Assembly (NCBI GenBank): GCA_965248635.1
Contig: OZ252114.1
Span: 4,751,250-4,815,249 of the forward strand
Direction: 5' to 3'
Length of the DNA stretch: 64,000 nt
Origin: Acidobacteriota bacterium
Lineage (GTDB): Bacteria > Acidobacteriota > UBA6911 > RPQK01 > CBDAPI01
Shown: positions 30,445-41,812 of the stretch, piece by piece
Layout of the letters: the number at the start of each line of letters is the position of its first letter
Position numbering within the stretch: position 1 is the stretch's first letter
Notes under the pieces: generated by a model
What the model was told of the DNA's origin: nothing
Databases searched by the model: none
The model's input: the letters and a program-made list of their open reading frames with translations, nothing else
Program-made: the position numbers and the translations under genes

Positions 30445-32007
30445 TTACTCCCTCGCCGCCCGCTGCTCGGTCACCGGCTCAAACTCCCCGGGGCGGACAA
30501 TCTCGACGATTTCGTTGACCGGCTCGTGGAGATACTGCAGAAACGTCCGCGGATACAGCCCAATCCAGAAGGCCAGGATGATCAAGGGGATGAAGGTCGC
30601 CAGCTCTCTGAGACTTAAGTCCGTCAAGGACTGATTCTTAGGATTGTCGTTGCTGCCTAACATGACCCTCTGGTACAGCCACAGCATGTAGGCAGCCCCC
30701 AGCACAATTCCGGTGGCTCCGGCCACGGCCCAGCGCCAATTGATCGGATCGGCAAAGACTCCCTGCAGAATCATGAACTCTCCGATGAATCCGTTGAGTG
30801 TGGGCAGACCGATCGAAGACATGGTCATGATCAGAAATACCGTGGCATACACAGGCATGACGTGTGACAGTCCGCCATATTCCGAAATCAGCCGCGTGTG
30901 GCGCCTTTCGTAGACGACGCCCACGATCAGGAAGAGGGCTCCGGTAGAGATGCCGTGGTTGATCATCTGCAGAATCCCACCTTCCAGCGCCACGGGCGTC
31001 ACGACGAACACGCCCAGCATGCAGAAACCCAGATGGCTGACCGAGGAATAGGCAACCAGCTTCTTCATGTCTTTCTGCATCATCGCCACCAGAGCTCCAT
31101 AGATGATGCCGACCGCAGACAGGCCCAGCAGCCAGGGCAAGAGCTGCAGGGTCGCCTCGGGAAGAATCGGAAGACTGAAGCGGACAAAACCATAGGTGCC
31201 CATTTTCAGCAGAACTGCCGCCAGGATGACCGATCCCGCCGTGGGCGCTTCCACGTGTGCATCGGGGAGCCAGGTGTGAAAGGGGAACATGGGAACCTTG
31301 ATGGCGAATCCCACGAAGAAGGTGATGAAAATCCACCACTGGAGGTCGATCGGCAGGTCGAGACTGCGCATGGCCAGCACATCAAAGGACCAGATCCCCG
31401 TCTGCTGATACTGGTAGAAATAGAGAGCCAGGATTCCGAGCAGGAGCAGGACCGATCCTGTCAGAGTGTAGAGAAAGAACTTGATCGCCGCGTAAAGTTT
31501 CCGGGGGCCGCCCCAGACTCCGATGATGAAGTACATCGGAACCAGCATGACTTCCCAGAACACGTAGAAAAGCACGAAATCGAGAGCCATGAACACGCCC
31601 AGCATCCCGGTCTGCAGAAGCAGGAAGTAGCAGTAGTATTCGCGCACCCGTTCGTTGATGGCGGTCCAGGAGGAGAGAATCGAAATGAAACCGAGCAGCG
31701 TCGTCAACAGAATGAGCAGCAGGCTGATCCCGTCAATCCCCAGGTAGAACTCAGCCCCGATCGCGTTGATCCATTCTTTGCGAACGACAAAGCGCATTCT
31801 GGTTTCTGCATCAATGAATTCGGGCCGATTGAACAGGGTGATCAGGGGAAGGGAGATCAGGAAACCGAAGAAAGCGACCCCATTGGCGACCCATCTGACC
31901 TTCTCGTCGCTCCCCTTCCCCCTCGGGATGAGCAAGATAATGGGGATCCCGAGCAGGGGAAAAAGGCAGACCAGCACCAGTATGTTCCGCATCAAGAAAT
32001 CCATCAC
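30445..32007 (-). CDS. nuoM: NADH-quinone oxidoreductase subunit M
   Basis: PFHTWLPDAHVEAPTAGS, KKLVAYSSVSHLG. Confidence 0.96.
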   Translation of the reverse strand: MMDFLMRNILVLVCLFPLLGIPIILLIPRGKGSDEKVRWVANGVAFFGFLISLPLITLFNRPEFIDAETRMRFVVRKEWINAIGAEFYLGIDGISLLLILLTTLLGFISILSSWTAINERVREYYCYFLLLQTGMLGVFMALDFVLFYVFWEVMLVPMYFIIGVWGGPRKLYAAIKFFLYTLTGSVLLLLGILALYFYQYQQTGIWSFDVLAMRSLDLPIDLQWWIFITFFVGFAIKVPMFPFHTWLPDAHVEAPTAGSVILAAVLLKMGTYGFVRFSLPILPEATLQLLPWLLGLSAVGIIYGALVAMMQKDMKKLVAYSSVSHLGFCMLGVFVVTPVALEGGILQMINHGISTGALFLIVGVVYERRHTRLISEYGGLSHVMPVYATVFLIMTMSSIGLPTLNGFIGEFMILQGVFADPINWRWAVAGATGIVLGAAYMLWLYQRVMLGSNDNPKNQSLTDLSLRELATFIPLIILAFWIGLYPRTFLQYLHEPVNEIVEIVRPGEFEPVTEQRAARE

Positions 32008-34065
32008 TTACACTCCCGCTAGATACAGTGTGATCACGGCAATCACCCCGAGCACAAAAAACAGCGCATAGCGCTGCATCAAGCCGGTCTGGAGCTTTCG
32101 GAAAGCAGCACTGAAAAACTCCACTATTTCGGCAATCAGGTTCACCATTCGATCCACCACCTCGAGGTCGAAGAGCCCGGAGACCCAGGCAGTCATCCGT
32201 GTAAGGGTTGCGGATCCGTTGACCAGACCGTCCACAATATGGTTGTCGAACCAGGTCAACACATTCCCCAGGTCTTTGGTCCGGTTCACGACCAGCGCAT
32301 CGTAAGCTTCGTCGACGTAGTACTTGTTGTAGATCCAGCGGTGGACTGTGGCGAGGCCCCCTCGAGGCTCGGGGAGCTTGCGTCGGAGCAGGAACTGGAC
32401 GGCCAGGTAGATTCCCGCCACCGCCACCGCCACGGACAGAATGGCCAGCCCGAACTCGAGTGACAAATGCGCCTCGTGCCCGTCTCCGTGGTAAGCATGC
32501 TTGAACGCCGGTTCCAGAAAATGCGCGAACACGTTGCTGCCAAATGCCGCCGTGATCCAGGCCGGGAGGCCGAGCAACCCGACCAGGGCCGAACCGCCGG
32601 CCAGGATCACCAGTGGAATGGTCATTGACCTGGGAGATTCGTGGACATGGCGCGCCGTCTCCTCGTCAAAGCGCTCTTCGCCAAAGAAGGTCAACAGCAT
32701 AAGGCGCGTCATATAGAAGGCCGTCATTCCAGCCACCAGGACCCCGATCAGCCACATCAGATAGTTCTGGCTTTCGAAGACCTTCCAGAGGATCTCATCC
32801 TTGGAGAAAAAACCGGCCAGCGGAGGCACTCCGGCAATGGCAAGGGTTCCAACCGCCATGGTCCAGAAAGTAATGGGGATGCGTTTCCTGAGCCCTCCCA
32901 TCCGGGTCATGTCCTGCTCGTGGTGCATGGCACGGATTACTGATCCGGATCCCAGGAAGAGCAGAGCCTTGAAGAAGGCGTGGGTAAACACATGAAAGAT
33001 GGCTGCCACGACAGCTCCCACTCCCAGCGCCGCGAACATGTAGCCCAGCTGACTCACCGTCGAATAGGCCAGAACCCGCTTGATGTCACGCTGGAAAAGC
33101 CCCATCGAAGCCGCCAGGAGAGCCGTGAAAATCCCAACAGCAGCAACAATCGCCATGACGTCCGGCGCGCGACTGTAAATGGCCGTGGAGCGGGCCACCA
33201 TGTAAACCCCTGCTGTCACCATCGTGGCCGCGTGGATCAGGGCGCTGACTGGAGTGGGGCCCTCCATCGCGTCTGGCAGCCACACATAAAGGGGGACCTG
33301 CGCACTCTTTCCACAGGCACCGATGAAGAGCAGCAGAGCGATCCAGCTGAGGACGCCCCAGGCCATCTCCGGTTCCGGAAACATGACGGCAACTTTTTCG
33401 AACAGATCCGTGAAATCGACGGTGCCGAAGAGGGAAAAGAGAAAGAAGATTCCCAGGAGAAAGCCGAAGTCACCAATCCGGTTGACAACGAAGGCTTTCT
33501 TGGCGGCATCACCCGCACTCTTCTTGTGACCGTAGTAGCCAATCAGTAAATAGGAACAGAGCCCCACACCCTCCCAGCCCACAAACAGGCCCAGATAGTT
33601 GTTGGAGAGGACGAGAGTCAGCATCATGAACATGAACAGGTTCAAGTGGGCAAAGAAACGCCAGAAACCGTCCTCTTCCCACATGTACCCGATGGAATAG
33701 ACGTGGATCAGGAAGCCGATCCCCGTGACGAAGAGGAGAAAAATGGCGGAGAGAGGATCAAGCTGGTATCCCCAGCTCACCTGAAGTCCGACTGACTCGC
33801 CGGCAGCGGTCTGGATGACATTCCCCGGAATCCAGGTAAAGAGATCGGATTCGTAGACTCGATGCTCCGGGTCCATCCCTACCAGCTCGACGAAGCAGAC
33901 GACCGAGACCAGAAAAGCCAGACCGACTACGCCGCACCCGATCCAGTAGACCAGGGGACGGGGCAAGCGCCGGCCGGTTCGATAGAGCCGCCACAGGCCA
34001 AGCAGGCCGATGGTCAGGAAGCCGGCCAGCGGGAGGGCTGGAATGATCCAGATATGAGAAAGCAT
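32008..34065 (-). CDS. nuoL: NADH-quinone oxidoreductase subunit L
   Basis: WLPDAMEGPTPVSALIHAATMVTAG. Confidence 0.97.
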   Translation of the reverse strand: MLSHIWIIPALPLAGFLTIGLLGLWRLYRTGRRLPRPLVYWIGCGVVGLAFLVSVVCFVELVGMDPEHRVYESDLFTWIPGNVIQTAAGESVGLQVSWGYQLDPLSAIFLLFVTGIGFLIHVYSIGYMWEEDGFWRFFAHLNLFMFMMLTLVLSNNYLGLFVGWEGVGLCSYLLIGYYGHKKSAGDAAKKAFVVNRIGDFGFLLGIFFLFSLFGTVDFTDLFEKVAVMFPEPEMAWGVLSWIALLLFIGACGKSAQVPLYVWLPDAMEGPTPVSALIHAATMVTAGVYMVARSTAIYSRAPDVMAIVAAVGIFTALLAASMGLFQRDIKRVLAYSTVSQLGYMFAALGVGAVVAAIFHVFTHAFFKALLFLGSGSVIRAMHHEQDMTRMGGLRKRIPITFWTMAVGTLAIAGVPPLAGFFSKDEILWKVFESQNYLMWLIGVLVAGMTAFYMTRLMLLTFFGEERFDEETARHVHESPRSMTIPLVILAGGSALVGLLGLPAWITAAFGSNVFAHFLEPAFKHAYHGDGHEAHLSLEFGLAILSVAVAVAGIYLAVQFLLRRKLPEPRGGLATVHRWIYNKYYVDEAYDALVVNRTKDLGNVLTWFDNHIVDGLVNGSATLTRMTAWVSGLFDLEVVDRMVNLIAEIVEFFSAAFRKLQTGLMQRYALFFVLGVIAVITLYLAGV

Positions 34066-34072
34066 GTTCAGA

Positions 34073-34375
34073 TCACCACTTCATCTGATCAACCTCGTCG
34101 ATGTTGATCGTCTCCTTATTTCTGAACAACGCGATAACGATTCCCAGACCGACCGCAGCCTCGGCGACGGCCACAGTGATCACGAATATGGCAAAGACCT
34201 GCCCGTCCAGAGCCTGCCACCGTTCTCCAAAGGCCACCAGATTGAGGTTGACTGCATTCAGCATCAGCTCGATCGACATGAAAATGACGATGATGTTGCG
34301 ACGAGTCAGGACTCCGATCACTCCGATCGAGAAGACGATCGAGCTCAGCACCAGGTAATGAGTGGTTTCGATCAT
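34073..34375 (-). CDS. nuoK: NADH-quinone oxidoreductase subunit K
   Basis: [24 protein letters not shown]. Confidence 0.96.
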   Translation of the reverse strand: MIETTHYLVLSSIVFSIGVIGVLTRRNIIVIFMSIELMLNAVNLNLVAFGERWQALDGQVFAIFVITVAVAEAAVGLGIVIALFRNKETINIDEVDQMKW

Positions 34376-34908
34376 TGCTGCAAATCTTTCTTGGCCAGAA
34401 CGACCGCGCCCACCATGGCCACCAGAAGCAGCACCGAAGCGATTTCAAAGGGAAGCAGATACTCGGTAAAGAGCGCTTTGCCCACTAGCTCTGTGTTCTG
34501 GGTACGGCCTTGAATCAGAATCACTTCTCGGGCGGGCGTCGCTTCGAAAACCTGGCCCCCCCGTACAATCAGGAAAGTCAGTTCAAGCGTTAGAACGACA
34601 CCCAGAACGACCCCGGTTTTCCATTGACGACTCGTCTTACGTTCCCGTTCTGCCACCTCCACATTGACCAGGAGAATGACAAACAGAAAAAGGACCATGA
34701 TTCCGCCGACGTAAACCAGGATCTGGACGGCTCCCACAAATTCGGCCCCCAACAGAAAAAAGAGACCGGCCATGGAGAGTAGTGCCGAGATCAGGTACAC
34801 GGCACTTCTCACGGGATTGCGGGCCATCACCGTAAGGATTGCGAAGACAATCAGGACAGTAGCCAGGGAGTAAAACAGCAAGGCTTCTATAAGCGCCTGG
34901 TCTACCAA
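34372..34908 (-). CDS. nuoJ: NADH-quinone oxidoreductase subunit J
   Basis: [31 protein letters not shown]; likely TTG start at 34908. Confidence 0.94.
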   Translation of the reverse strand: MVDQALIEALLFYSLATVLIVFAILTVMARNPVRSAVYLISALLSMAGLFFLLGAEFVGAVQILVYVGGIMVLFLFVILLVNVEVAERERKTSRQWKTGVVLGVVLTLELTFLIVRGGQVFEATPAREVILIQGRTQNTELVGKALFTEYLLPFEIASVLLLVAMVGAVVLAKKDLQQ

Positions 34909-35366
34909 TAGTTCTTCCCCTCTCCCGAGTCGGTTCGCTTCCAGCCCTTTTCCAGCCGGCTGCGATCCCACAACATGGTTCTCCGATCGTAGGTAGCCAG
35001 CTCAAAGTCCTGGGTCAGCTCAATCGCATTGGTTGGACAGACTTCCTGGCAGAGCCCGCAGAACAGACAGCGAGAGGTGTCAAAAGTGTAAGTGGTGAGA
35101 ACTTTCTTCCTGCTTTCCGGATCGCGCTGGGCCCCGACGACGATCAGATCTTCGGGACAGATCAGAGCACACAGGTCGCAAGCGATACAGAGTGTCTCGC
35201 CTGTCTCGGGATCATTGTTCAAGCGCGGAGCGCCTTTGTAACGAGCTGCCAGCTTGGGCCGTTCGGTCGGATACTGTTCGGTGTAAACGGGTTTGTAGGT
35301 GTACTGAAGAGTCAACCACAGGCCCTTCAGAAGATCGATTAACAGGATTCTTTTCAGAAACTCCAT
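34902..35366 (-). CDS. nuoI: NADH-quinone oxidoreductase subunit I
   Basis: Two CxxCxxCxxxCP ferredoxin motifs. Confidence 0.95.
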   Translation of the reverse strand: MEFLKRILLIDLLKGLWLTLQYTYKPVYTEQYPTERPKLAARYKGAPRLNNDPETGETLCIACDLCALICPEDLIVVGAQRDPESRKKVLTTYTFDTSRCLFCGLCQEVCPTNAIELTQDFELATYDRRTMLWDRSRLEKGWKRTDSGEGKNYW

Positions 35367-35430
35367 GGGTTCCTTCCCATATAAGCCCGTGGTGGAAGTC
35401 CCACGGAATGTCTGAACTCACGCACCCTGT

Positions 35431-36531
35431 TCACATCCACAACCAGATCAGACAAGCCGACACCATGACATTGGCCAGGGCGAGGGGGAGGAAAATTTTC
35501 CACCCGTATTGCATCAACTGGTCAAAGCGGAAGCGAGGGAGAGTTCCCCGAATCCAGATAAATACATAGAGAATGATGAAAACCTTGACGCAGAACCACA
35601 AAACGGCCGGAACCAGGTCCAGAAAGCCCAGCCAGGCAACGTTGGGGAAAGGCCTCAACCATCCACCGAAAAAGAGGGTTACCGCCAGCGCCGCAACCGT
35701 GATCATGCTGGCATACTCTGCCAGAAAATAAAGCGAGAACCGAAATCCGCTGTACTCGGTGTGGAATCCCCCGACCAGTTCGGTTTCGGCCTCGGGAAGA
35801 TCGAACGGTAGACGGTTCGTCTCGGCCAGGCCGCAGATAAAGAAGAGCACCGCGGCGACAGGCTGAAGGGCAAAATACCAGACTCCGGCTTCCTGCTGGT
35901 GCTCGACGATTTCGACTAGACTCAAGGAGCGAGCCACCAGCAGCACTCCGATGATGGAGAAACCCAGGGCCACTTCGTAGCTGACCATTTGCGCCGCCGA
36001 GCGCAGAGCTCCCAGGATCGGGTACTTGCTGTTGGAGGCCCAGCCACCCAGGATGACCCCCAGGATTCCGACGGAAGAGACCGACAGAATGAACAGCAGT
36101 CCAATATTCAGATCGGTAACGAAGCCTCCGCTGACGATGCTTTTCTGGACAACTCTCTGAACCGCCTGCGGCTCCAGGATCCATCCCAGGATCATGGTCA
36201 AGGGACCCTCCAGCATATCGGGCGGCCCGAAGGGAACCACGGCGAACACCAGGAATGCCGGTATCAGAGAGATGATGGGCCCAAGGGTAAAAATGAGGGC
36301 GTCCGATCGGCTGGGAATGATGTCTTCCTTGGCAACGAACTTGAGGCCGTCGGCGATTGGCTGGAGCAGCCCGTGCCAGCCCACCCGCATGGGGCCGAGT
36401 CGTACCTGGATGTGCGCAATCAGCTTGCGCTCGAGCAGAGTCAGGTAGGCAATCGCTCCCGAAAGAATCAAAACGACCACACCGATTTTGATCCCGGGGA
36501 TGAGCAAATAGGTGAGCAGGGACTCCATCAT
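35431..36531 (-). CDS. nuoH: NADH-quinone oxidoreductase subunit H
   Basis: [33 protein letters not shown]. Confidence 0.97.
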   Translation of the reverse strand: MMESLLTYLLIPGIKIGVVVLILSGAIAYLTLLERKLIAHIQVRLGPMRVGWHGLLQPIADGLKFVAKEDIIPSRSDALIFTLGPIISLIPAFLVFAVVPFGPPDMLEGPLTMILGWILEPQAVQRVVQKSIVSGGFVTDLNIGLLFILSVSSVGILGVILGGWASNSKYPILGALRSAAQMVSYEVALGFSIIGVLLVARSLSLVEIVEHQQEAGVWYFALQPVAAVLFFICGLAETNRLPFDLPEAETELVGGFHTEYSGFRFSLYFLAEYASMITVAALAVTLFFGGWLRPFPNVAWLGFLDLVPAVLWFCVKVFIILYVFIWIRGTLPRFRFDQLMQYGWKIFLPLALANVMVSACLIWLWM

Positions 36532-37640
36532 CGATCAATCTCTCCCAGCACAATGTCGAGAGTTCCGATGATGGCAACTACATCGGCGACCAGATGCCCC
36601 CGAACCAGTCGACGCAGAGCCTGCAGACTGATAAAGGTCGGGGGGCGAATCCGGACACGGAAAGGCAGGGCCGAACCGTCACTGACGATGTAGTAGCCCA
36701 ATTCACCGCGGGGGCCCTCTATGGCCGAGTAGAACTCGCCGACAGGAGGCTTGACTATCTTGGGCACCTTGCCGCGAACCGCGCCTTCGGGCAGATTGTC
36801 GAGCCCTTGGCGGATGATTCGACAGCTCTGACGCATTTCTGCCAGGCGGATCACATACCGATCATAGGTATCACCGTTCTCACCCAGGGGGACATCGAAG
36901 TCAAACTGCTCGTACCCCCCGTAGGGATGAGCTTTTCTCAAGTCATGATCCACGCCGGAGCCGCGAAGTGGTGGCCCGCTGAGACCATAGTTAATGGCCT
37001 CTTCCGCCGAGATGACACCGATACCCGTGGTCCGGTCGATCCAGATCCGGTTATTGGTCAGCAACTGCTCGTACTCGTTCACTTTGGTCGGGAAGTCGGC
37101 GATGAACTTTCTGGCCGCCGCCTCGAAACCGCCGGGCAGATCCTTCCATAGCCCGCCGATGCGGAAAGCGTGGGTGGTGAGCCGGGCCCCGAAAAGGGCC
37201 TCGAAGAGCTTAAGAATCTCCTCGCGCTCTCGAAAGCAGTAGAGAAAAACAGTCATGGCGCCGATATCAATAGCGTGAGTCGCCAGCCACAGAAGGTGAC
37301 TGGCAATGCGATTGAATTCGGTCATGATGATCCGGATCTGACGGGCCCGCTCCGGAACCTCGATTCCCATGAGGGCCTCGACGCCCAGAACGTAGCCGTA
37401 AACATTGGAAACGGCCGCGATGTAATCGGTCCTGTCGTAGTAGGGGACACACTTGATGTAAGAACGGTTCTCGCTGATCTTTTCGACACCCCGGTGCAGG
37501 TAGCCGATAATGCACTCGCAGTCCTGAACTCTCTCCCCGTCCAGGTACAGCTTCACCCTCAAGACTCCGTGGGTGGAGGGATGCTGCGGCCCCATGTTGA
37601 TTTCGAGTTCTTTGGTATCCAGGATGGTTTCGCGCAGCAT
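36528..37640 (-). CDS. nuoD: NADH-quinone oxidoreductase subunit D
   Basis: [23 protein letters not shown]-terminal GEIDR; no NiFe CxxC motifs. Confidence 0.97.
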   Translation of the reverse strand: MLRETILDTKELEINMGPQHPSTHGVLRVKLYLDGERVQDCECIIGYLHRGVEKISENRSYIKCVPYYDRTDYIAAVSNVYGYVLGVEALMGIEVPERARQIRIIMTEFNRIASHLLWLATHAIDIGAMTVFLYCFREREEILKLFEALFGARLTTHAFRIGGLWKDLPGGFEAAARKFIADFPTKVNEYEQLLTNNRIWIDRTTGIGVISAEEAINYGLSGPPLRGSGVDHDLRKAHPYGGYEQFDFDVPLGENGDTYDRYVIRLAEMRQSCRIIRQGLDNLPEGAVRGKVPKIVKPPVGEFYSAIEGPRGELGYYIVSDGSALPFRVRIRPPTFISLQALRRLVRGHLVADVVAIIGTLDIVLGEIDR

Positions 37641-37655
37641 ACTAACTTACTTGCA

Positions 37656-38369
37656 CTAGTCTGGGACCTTGCGGATTCTGAGATGTTTTTTGATCCAGGA
37701 CTGATCCTGAAGCTTGATGTCGTAGTCTTTTCTCAAGGGGTACCCGTGCCAGTCTTCCGGCAGCAGGATGCGCCTCAGGTCGGGATGGCCGGCGAACTCA
37801 ATGCCGAACATGTCGAACACCTCGCGTTCCATCCAGTCCGCCGATTTCCAGATCGGACTCACGGAGGGGGCTACCTCACCTTCTCCCAAACGTGACTTGA
37901 CTCGGACCAGGAGCTGGCTGGAATGGCTGAACAGGTGATAGACGAGACACCAACGGTCTTCGTCTCCCAGGTAGTCGAGGGCGGTCAAGTCCACCAGATA
38001 ATCAAACTCGCGATCCTCTTTCAAGAACACCATGGTCTCCAGAAGTCGCTTCCGATTGACCGTGTAGATGTTCTGTTTCAGGAAAGACTGGGCGGAGAGC
38101 AAGTCTTCTCCCACGTATTCTTTGAGAGCCTCGGCCAAATCATCTTCTTCCAGGTCTTCATAGACAGGTCCTTTTTTCCTGGGTGGTCGAGCGGGGCGCT
38201 TGAGCGGGGCCTGGCCTTTGGCAGGGGGCTGAGGTTTGTCGGTGGCGGCCTCGGCCGGAGGGGACTCCTCTGTGGATGACTCCCCGGCCGCCGGCTCGGA
38301 AGCCGGCGTTTCTTTTCCCTGGTTCTCATCCCCCGAATCGGGTGGCGTGGGCTTTTTTTCTTCGTCCAT
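37656..38369 (-). CDS. nuoC: NADH-quinone oxidoreductase subunit C (N-terminal low-complexity extension)
   Basis: [24 protein letters not shown]. Confidence 0.95.
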   Translation of the reverse strand: MDEEKKPTPPDSGDENQGKETPASEPAAGESSTEESPPAEAATDKPQPPAKGQAPLKRPARPPRKKGPVYEDLEEDDLAEALKEYVGEDLLSAQSFLKQNIYTVNRKRLLETMVFLKEDREFDYLVDLTALDYLGDEDRWCLVYHLFSHSSQLLVRVKSRLGEGEVAPSVSPIWKSADWMEREVFDMFGIEFAGHPDLRRILLPEDWHGYPLRKDYDIKLQDQSWIKKHLRIRKVPD

Positions 38370-38399
38370 GACTGCCGAGTGCGGAAGTGTGACTCGCTT

Positions 38400-38900
38400 T
38401 CAGGGCTGAACCAAAGTGCGTCTGTCGTCGAGAATGCTCATCTGGTCGATCTTATCCTGCAGCTTCATCAGGCCATAGAGGAGCGCCTCAGGCCTGGGGG
38501 GGCAACCGGGAATGTAGACGTCCACCGGAATGACTTTGTCGACTCCCTGGAGCGTGGAATAGGTATCAAAGGGACCACCTACACTGGAGCAGGCTCCCAT
38601 GGAAATGACCCATTTCGGGTCCGGCATCTGATCGTACAGACGCTGGATCACCTCGGCCATTTTCAGAGTGACGGTACCCGCAATGATGATCAGATCGGAC
38701 TGGCGCGGAGAAGGACGAAAAATGCCTGCCCCGAAGCGGTCCATATCGAAGCGGGATGCACCCGTTGCCATCATCTCGATGGCGCAACAGGCCAGCCCGA
38801 AGGTCATCGGCCAGAGCGAAGATTTTCTGGCCCAGTTCACAACCGAATCCACGGTCGTGATAGCAATGTTCCTCTCGAAACTGCTTTCTGCTACGTCCAC
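38400..38900 (-). CDS. nuoB: NADH-quinone oxidoreductase subunit B
   Basis: [25 protein letters not shown]. Confidence 0.97.
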   Translation of the reverse strand: MDVAESSFERNIAITTVDSVVNWARKSSLWPMTFGLACCAIEMMATGASRFDMDRFGAGIFRPSPRQSDLIIIAGTVTLKMAEVIQRLYDQMPDPKWVISMGACSSVGGPFDTYSTLQGVDKVIPVDVYIPGCPPRPEALLYGLMKLQDKIDQMSILDDRRTLVQP

Positions 38901-39247
38901 TCCAGGGCTCCCTTCTTCCACACGTAAAAATAGCCAACGATGAGGATTCCCAGGAAGATGAACATCTCGATCAGGCCGAAAAGAGCAAGTTCACCGTAGA
39001 TGATCGCCCAGGGAAAGAGAAAGATCGTTTCCACGTCAAAGATCACGAAAAGGATGGCAATAATGTAATAGCGGACCGAAATTCGGCTTCTGGCATCGGT
39101 CTCAGGGTCGATGCCACATTCATAAGGACTCAGTTTGCTCGAGGATGGCCGGAAGGGACGAATCAACCTCCCCACGCCCAGACCCACGATGGGCAATGAA
39201 ATCGCGATCACCAGAAAAATCAGAACCGGCAGGTAGGCTACTAACAC
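38891..39247 (-). CDS. nuoA: NADH-quinone oxidoreductase subunit A
   Basis: K..PYECG, FVIFDVE, KKGALEW. Confidence 0.96.
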   Translation of the reverse strand: MLVAYLPVLIFLVIAISLPIVGLGVGRLIRPFRPSSSKLSPYECGIDPETDARSRISVRYYIIAILFVIFDVETIFLFPWAIIYGELALFGLIEMFIFLGILIVGYFYVWKKGALEWT

Positions 39248-39322
39248 ACTTCTTTTTTATCTCTACTGCTCCCGTAATCGGGGGCGTATTCTAACAGACC
39301 TCCCGGCCACTTCCCACTCAGC

Positions 39323-40252
39323 TCAAGAAAGACGCTCATCGAAGTGCGCAATTGTCTGTTCGAGTCCTTCAGAAAGACTGACTTGCGGCTCCCAACCAAG
39401 TTGCTCTGCGGCCAGACTCACATCGGGCTTGCGCCTTGTCGGGTCATCTACCGGAAGGCCTGCAAAAACAATCTCTGATCCAGTTCCAACCATGTCCCGA
39501 ACCGTTTCTGCCAGCTCGATTACGGAAATCTCAGTGGGGTTTCCGAGGTTCACCGGGTGGAAAAGATCGGGGGTTTCCATCAGAGCCAGGAGACCTGCGA
39601 CCAGATCGGAGACATAGCAGAAGGAGCGGGTCTGGGAACCATCTCCGTAGACCGTGATCGGTTTTCCGCGGAGTGCCTGGACGATAAAGTTACTGACGAC
39701 TCGCCCGTCCTCCACAGACATTCGAGGACCGTAGGTATTGAAAATCCTGGCGATCCGAATGTCGACCCCATTCTGCCGGTGGTAGTCCACCATCAGCGTT
39801 TCAGCAACCCGTTTTCCTTCATCGTAACAACTGCGTGGCCCAACCGGGTTCACGTGACCCCAGTAGTCTTCCGACTGAGGGTGGACATGGGGGTCCCCGT
39901 AGACCTCTGACGTGCTCGCCTGCAGAATCCGCGCTCCAACTCTCTTGGCAATCCCCAGGCAGTTGAGAGTTCCAATCACATTGGCCTTGACGGTCTTGAC
40001 CGGATTTCGCTGGTAGTGAACGGGGGAGGCCGGGCAGGCCAGATTGTAGATCTGGTCAACCTCCAGGAGTATCGGCTGGACGATGTCATGTCGGATGAAC
40101 TCGAAAGCAGGCCGCTGCAGGAAAGGCTCGATATTCCGCTTGGAGCTCGAGAACAGATTATCCAGGCACAGTACCCTGGTCCCGCGCTCCAGCAGAGAAT
40201 CACAGAGATGACTGCCGATGAAGCCGGCGCCTCCCGTTACAAGTGCTCTCAA
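39323..40252 (-). CDS. UDP-glucuronate decarboxylase family SDR
   Basis: [37 protein letters not shown]. Confidence 0.92.
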   Translation of the reverse strand: MRALVTGGAGFIGSHLCDSLLERGTRVLCLDNLFSSSKRNIEPFLQRPAFEFIRHDIVQPILLEVDQIYNLACPASPVHYQRNPVKTVKANVIGTLNCLGIAKRVGARILQASTSEVYGDPHVHPQSEDYWGHVNPVGPRSCYDEGKRVAETLMVDYHRQNGVDIRIARIFNTYGPRMSVEDGRVVSNFIVQALRGKPITVYGDGSQTRSFCYVSDLVAGLLALMETPDLFHPVNLGNPTEISVIELAETVRDMVGTGSEIVFAGLPVDDPTRRKPDVSLAAEQLGWEPQVSLSEGLEQTIAHFDERLS

Positions 40253-40321
40253 AATCCAGGTTCTCGTGAAATCGCCACGTTAGCAGCCCGTGGTGGAAGT
40301 CCCGCGACTTTCACCACCGAC

Positions 40322-41677
40322 TTAATTGATGTAGCCAAGGCTCTTCAGCCGCTGCGATTGTTCGGGCGTCATTTTGAAATCAGTGAACTGCAGGTCCGCG
40401 TGGGTTTCCCACCACCGATCAATCTCCTCGCGCCAGGATATCCTATCAGCCTCAGGCGGCCTGTCGTTGATGAGGTTCACCAGTTCCCCGGGATCATCAG
40501 CGATGTTAAAAAGAGCATTCCGTTCCGGGTCCTCGAATTCGATGAACTTGTGATCCCCAAAGACCATGGTTCGGCGGATGGGAGTCTTCGAGAACAGCTT
40601 GACCGCCACGGAATAGCGTTTTCGCGGTTCGTTCTCCGGGAACTTGAAGAGATCGCCGCCCTGAAAGGAGGTGGGGAGGTAGGGAATCTCGAGAAGGGTG
40701 AGAAGGGTGGGAAGAACATCGATCGACATCGCCCTGGTCGCCAGCCTCTTGCCCTCGGGCAGGATCCGCGGCATCCGGAAAATCAGAGGAACCCGAACCA
40801 CGTTTTCGTAGACATTCTGCCGGTGGCCGCGGTATTGGTGCTCGCCCAGGCTTTCGCCGTGGTCAGCCGTAAACAAGGTCAGCGTTTGGTCGGCCAGCCC
40901 CAGCCGGTCGAGATGATCGAGAACCTTACCCAGTTGGTAGTCGGCAAACTCGATTTCACTCAGATAGGCCGCCTCGTCCTCTCCAAACCGGTTCGGGCCG
41001 GGACTCTCGACAACTACCTGGGGCCGATCAAAGTTTTCGCGAAAACGGTAGGGCTCGTGAGGGTCAAAGAAATGAACCCACAGGAAAAAGGGGCGCTTTG
41101 ATCTGCTCACCCTGTCCAGCCAATGGATCGCCAGCCTGGCGACCGCATCACCTCGCCTCTCACTTGGCAAATTGATCCTGTTGCCCGAGAACAGACGCAT
41201 GAAAGCCTTGAAATAGCCCACGCCATCCTGGCTCTCGAATTCGTCGTCATAGTGGCCGAAGCCCTGGTTCAAATTGAACACCTTGATCAACGGAGCCGCC
41301 GCCACTACGGCTCCCGTCTTATAGCCCGAGCCGGACAGGATCTCAGCCAGCGTTACAGCCGGATCCTCCAGTTTCTGCCCGTTACTCAAGACGTTGTGCG
41401 TAATCGTGTACAGCCCCGTGAAGATCGAGGAGTGGTTGGGCAGCGTCTGCGGTGCCTGAGCGTAGACATTCTCGAAAAGAACCCCTTCCCGGGCAAGACG
41501 GTCGATGGAAGGCGTTCGAATTCCTTTGAAACCGTAGCAACCCAGTCGGTCCGCCCGCGTGGTGTCGAAAGTCACGACAAGGAGATTTGGCTTCTTGCCG
41601 ACAGAGGGTTGTCCCCAGAGAGGCAATAATTGCGCAAGCAAGGCAAGAAATGCGGTAAAGGCGAGTCTCTTCTTCAC
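40322..41677 (-). CDS. secreted sulfatase-like hydrolase (alkaline phosphatase superfamily) with Thr at the nucleophile position
   Basis: PNLL..TFDTTRAD, TLPNH.SIFTG, FDPHEPY, TADHGE. Confidence 0.85.
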   Translation of the reverse strand: MKKRLAFTAFLALLAQLLPLWGQPSVGKKPNLLVVTFDTTRADRLGCYGFKGIRTPSIDRLAREGVLFENVYAQAPQTLPNHSSIFTGLYTITHNVLSNGQKLEDPAVTLAEILSGSGYKTGAVVAAAPLIKVFNLNQGFGHYDDEFESQDGVGYFKAFMRLFSGNRINLPSERRGDAVARLAIHWLDRVSRSKRPFFLWVHFFDPHEPYRFRENFDRPQVVVESPGPNRFGEDEAAYLSEIEFADYQLGKVLDHLDRLGLADQTLTLFTADHGESLGEHQYRGHRQNVYENVVRVPLIFRMPRILPEGKRLATRAMSIDVLPTLLTLLEIPYLPTSFQGGDLFKFPENEPRKRYSVAVKLFSKTPIRRTMVFGDHKFIEFEDPERNALFNIADDPGELVNLINDRPPEADRISWREEIDRWWETHADLQFTDFKMTPEQSQRLKSLGYIN

Positions 41678-41690
41678 GGTCTCACTTTAC

Positions 41691-41795
41691 ACGTTCCACG
41701 TTTCACGTTCCACGTTCCACGTTCCAGGTTCCACGTTTCCATCAACCTTCAACCTTCAACTTTCAACCAGTAACCAGTGACCAGTAACCAGTAAC
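41691..41795. repeat. composite heptamer tandem repeats (ACGTTCC)n-(TCAACCT)n-(AACCAGT)n
   Basis: Direct reading; intergenic between the sulfatase-like gene and uvrB. Confidence 0.85.
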
Positions 41796-41812
41796 GATAT
41801 AATCCCCCTGTC

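Noticed and set aside
36528-37640. Group 4 NiFe-hydrogenase instead of complex I
   Set aside because: The large subunit lacks the two CxxC Ni-binding motifs and has NuoD signatures.
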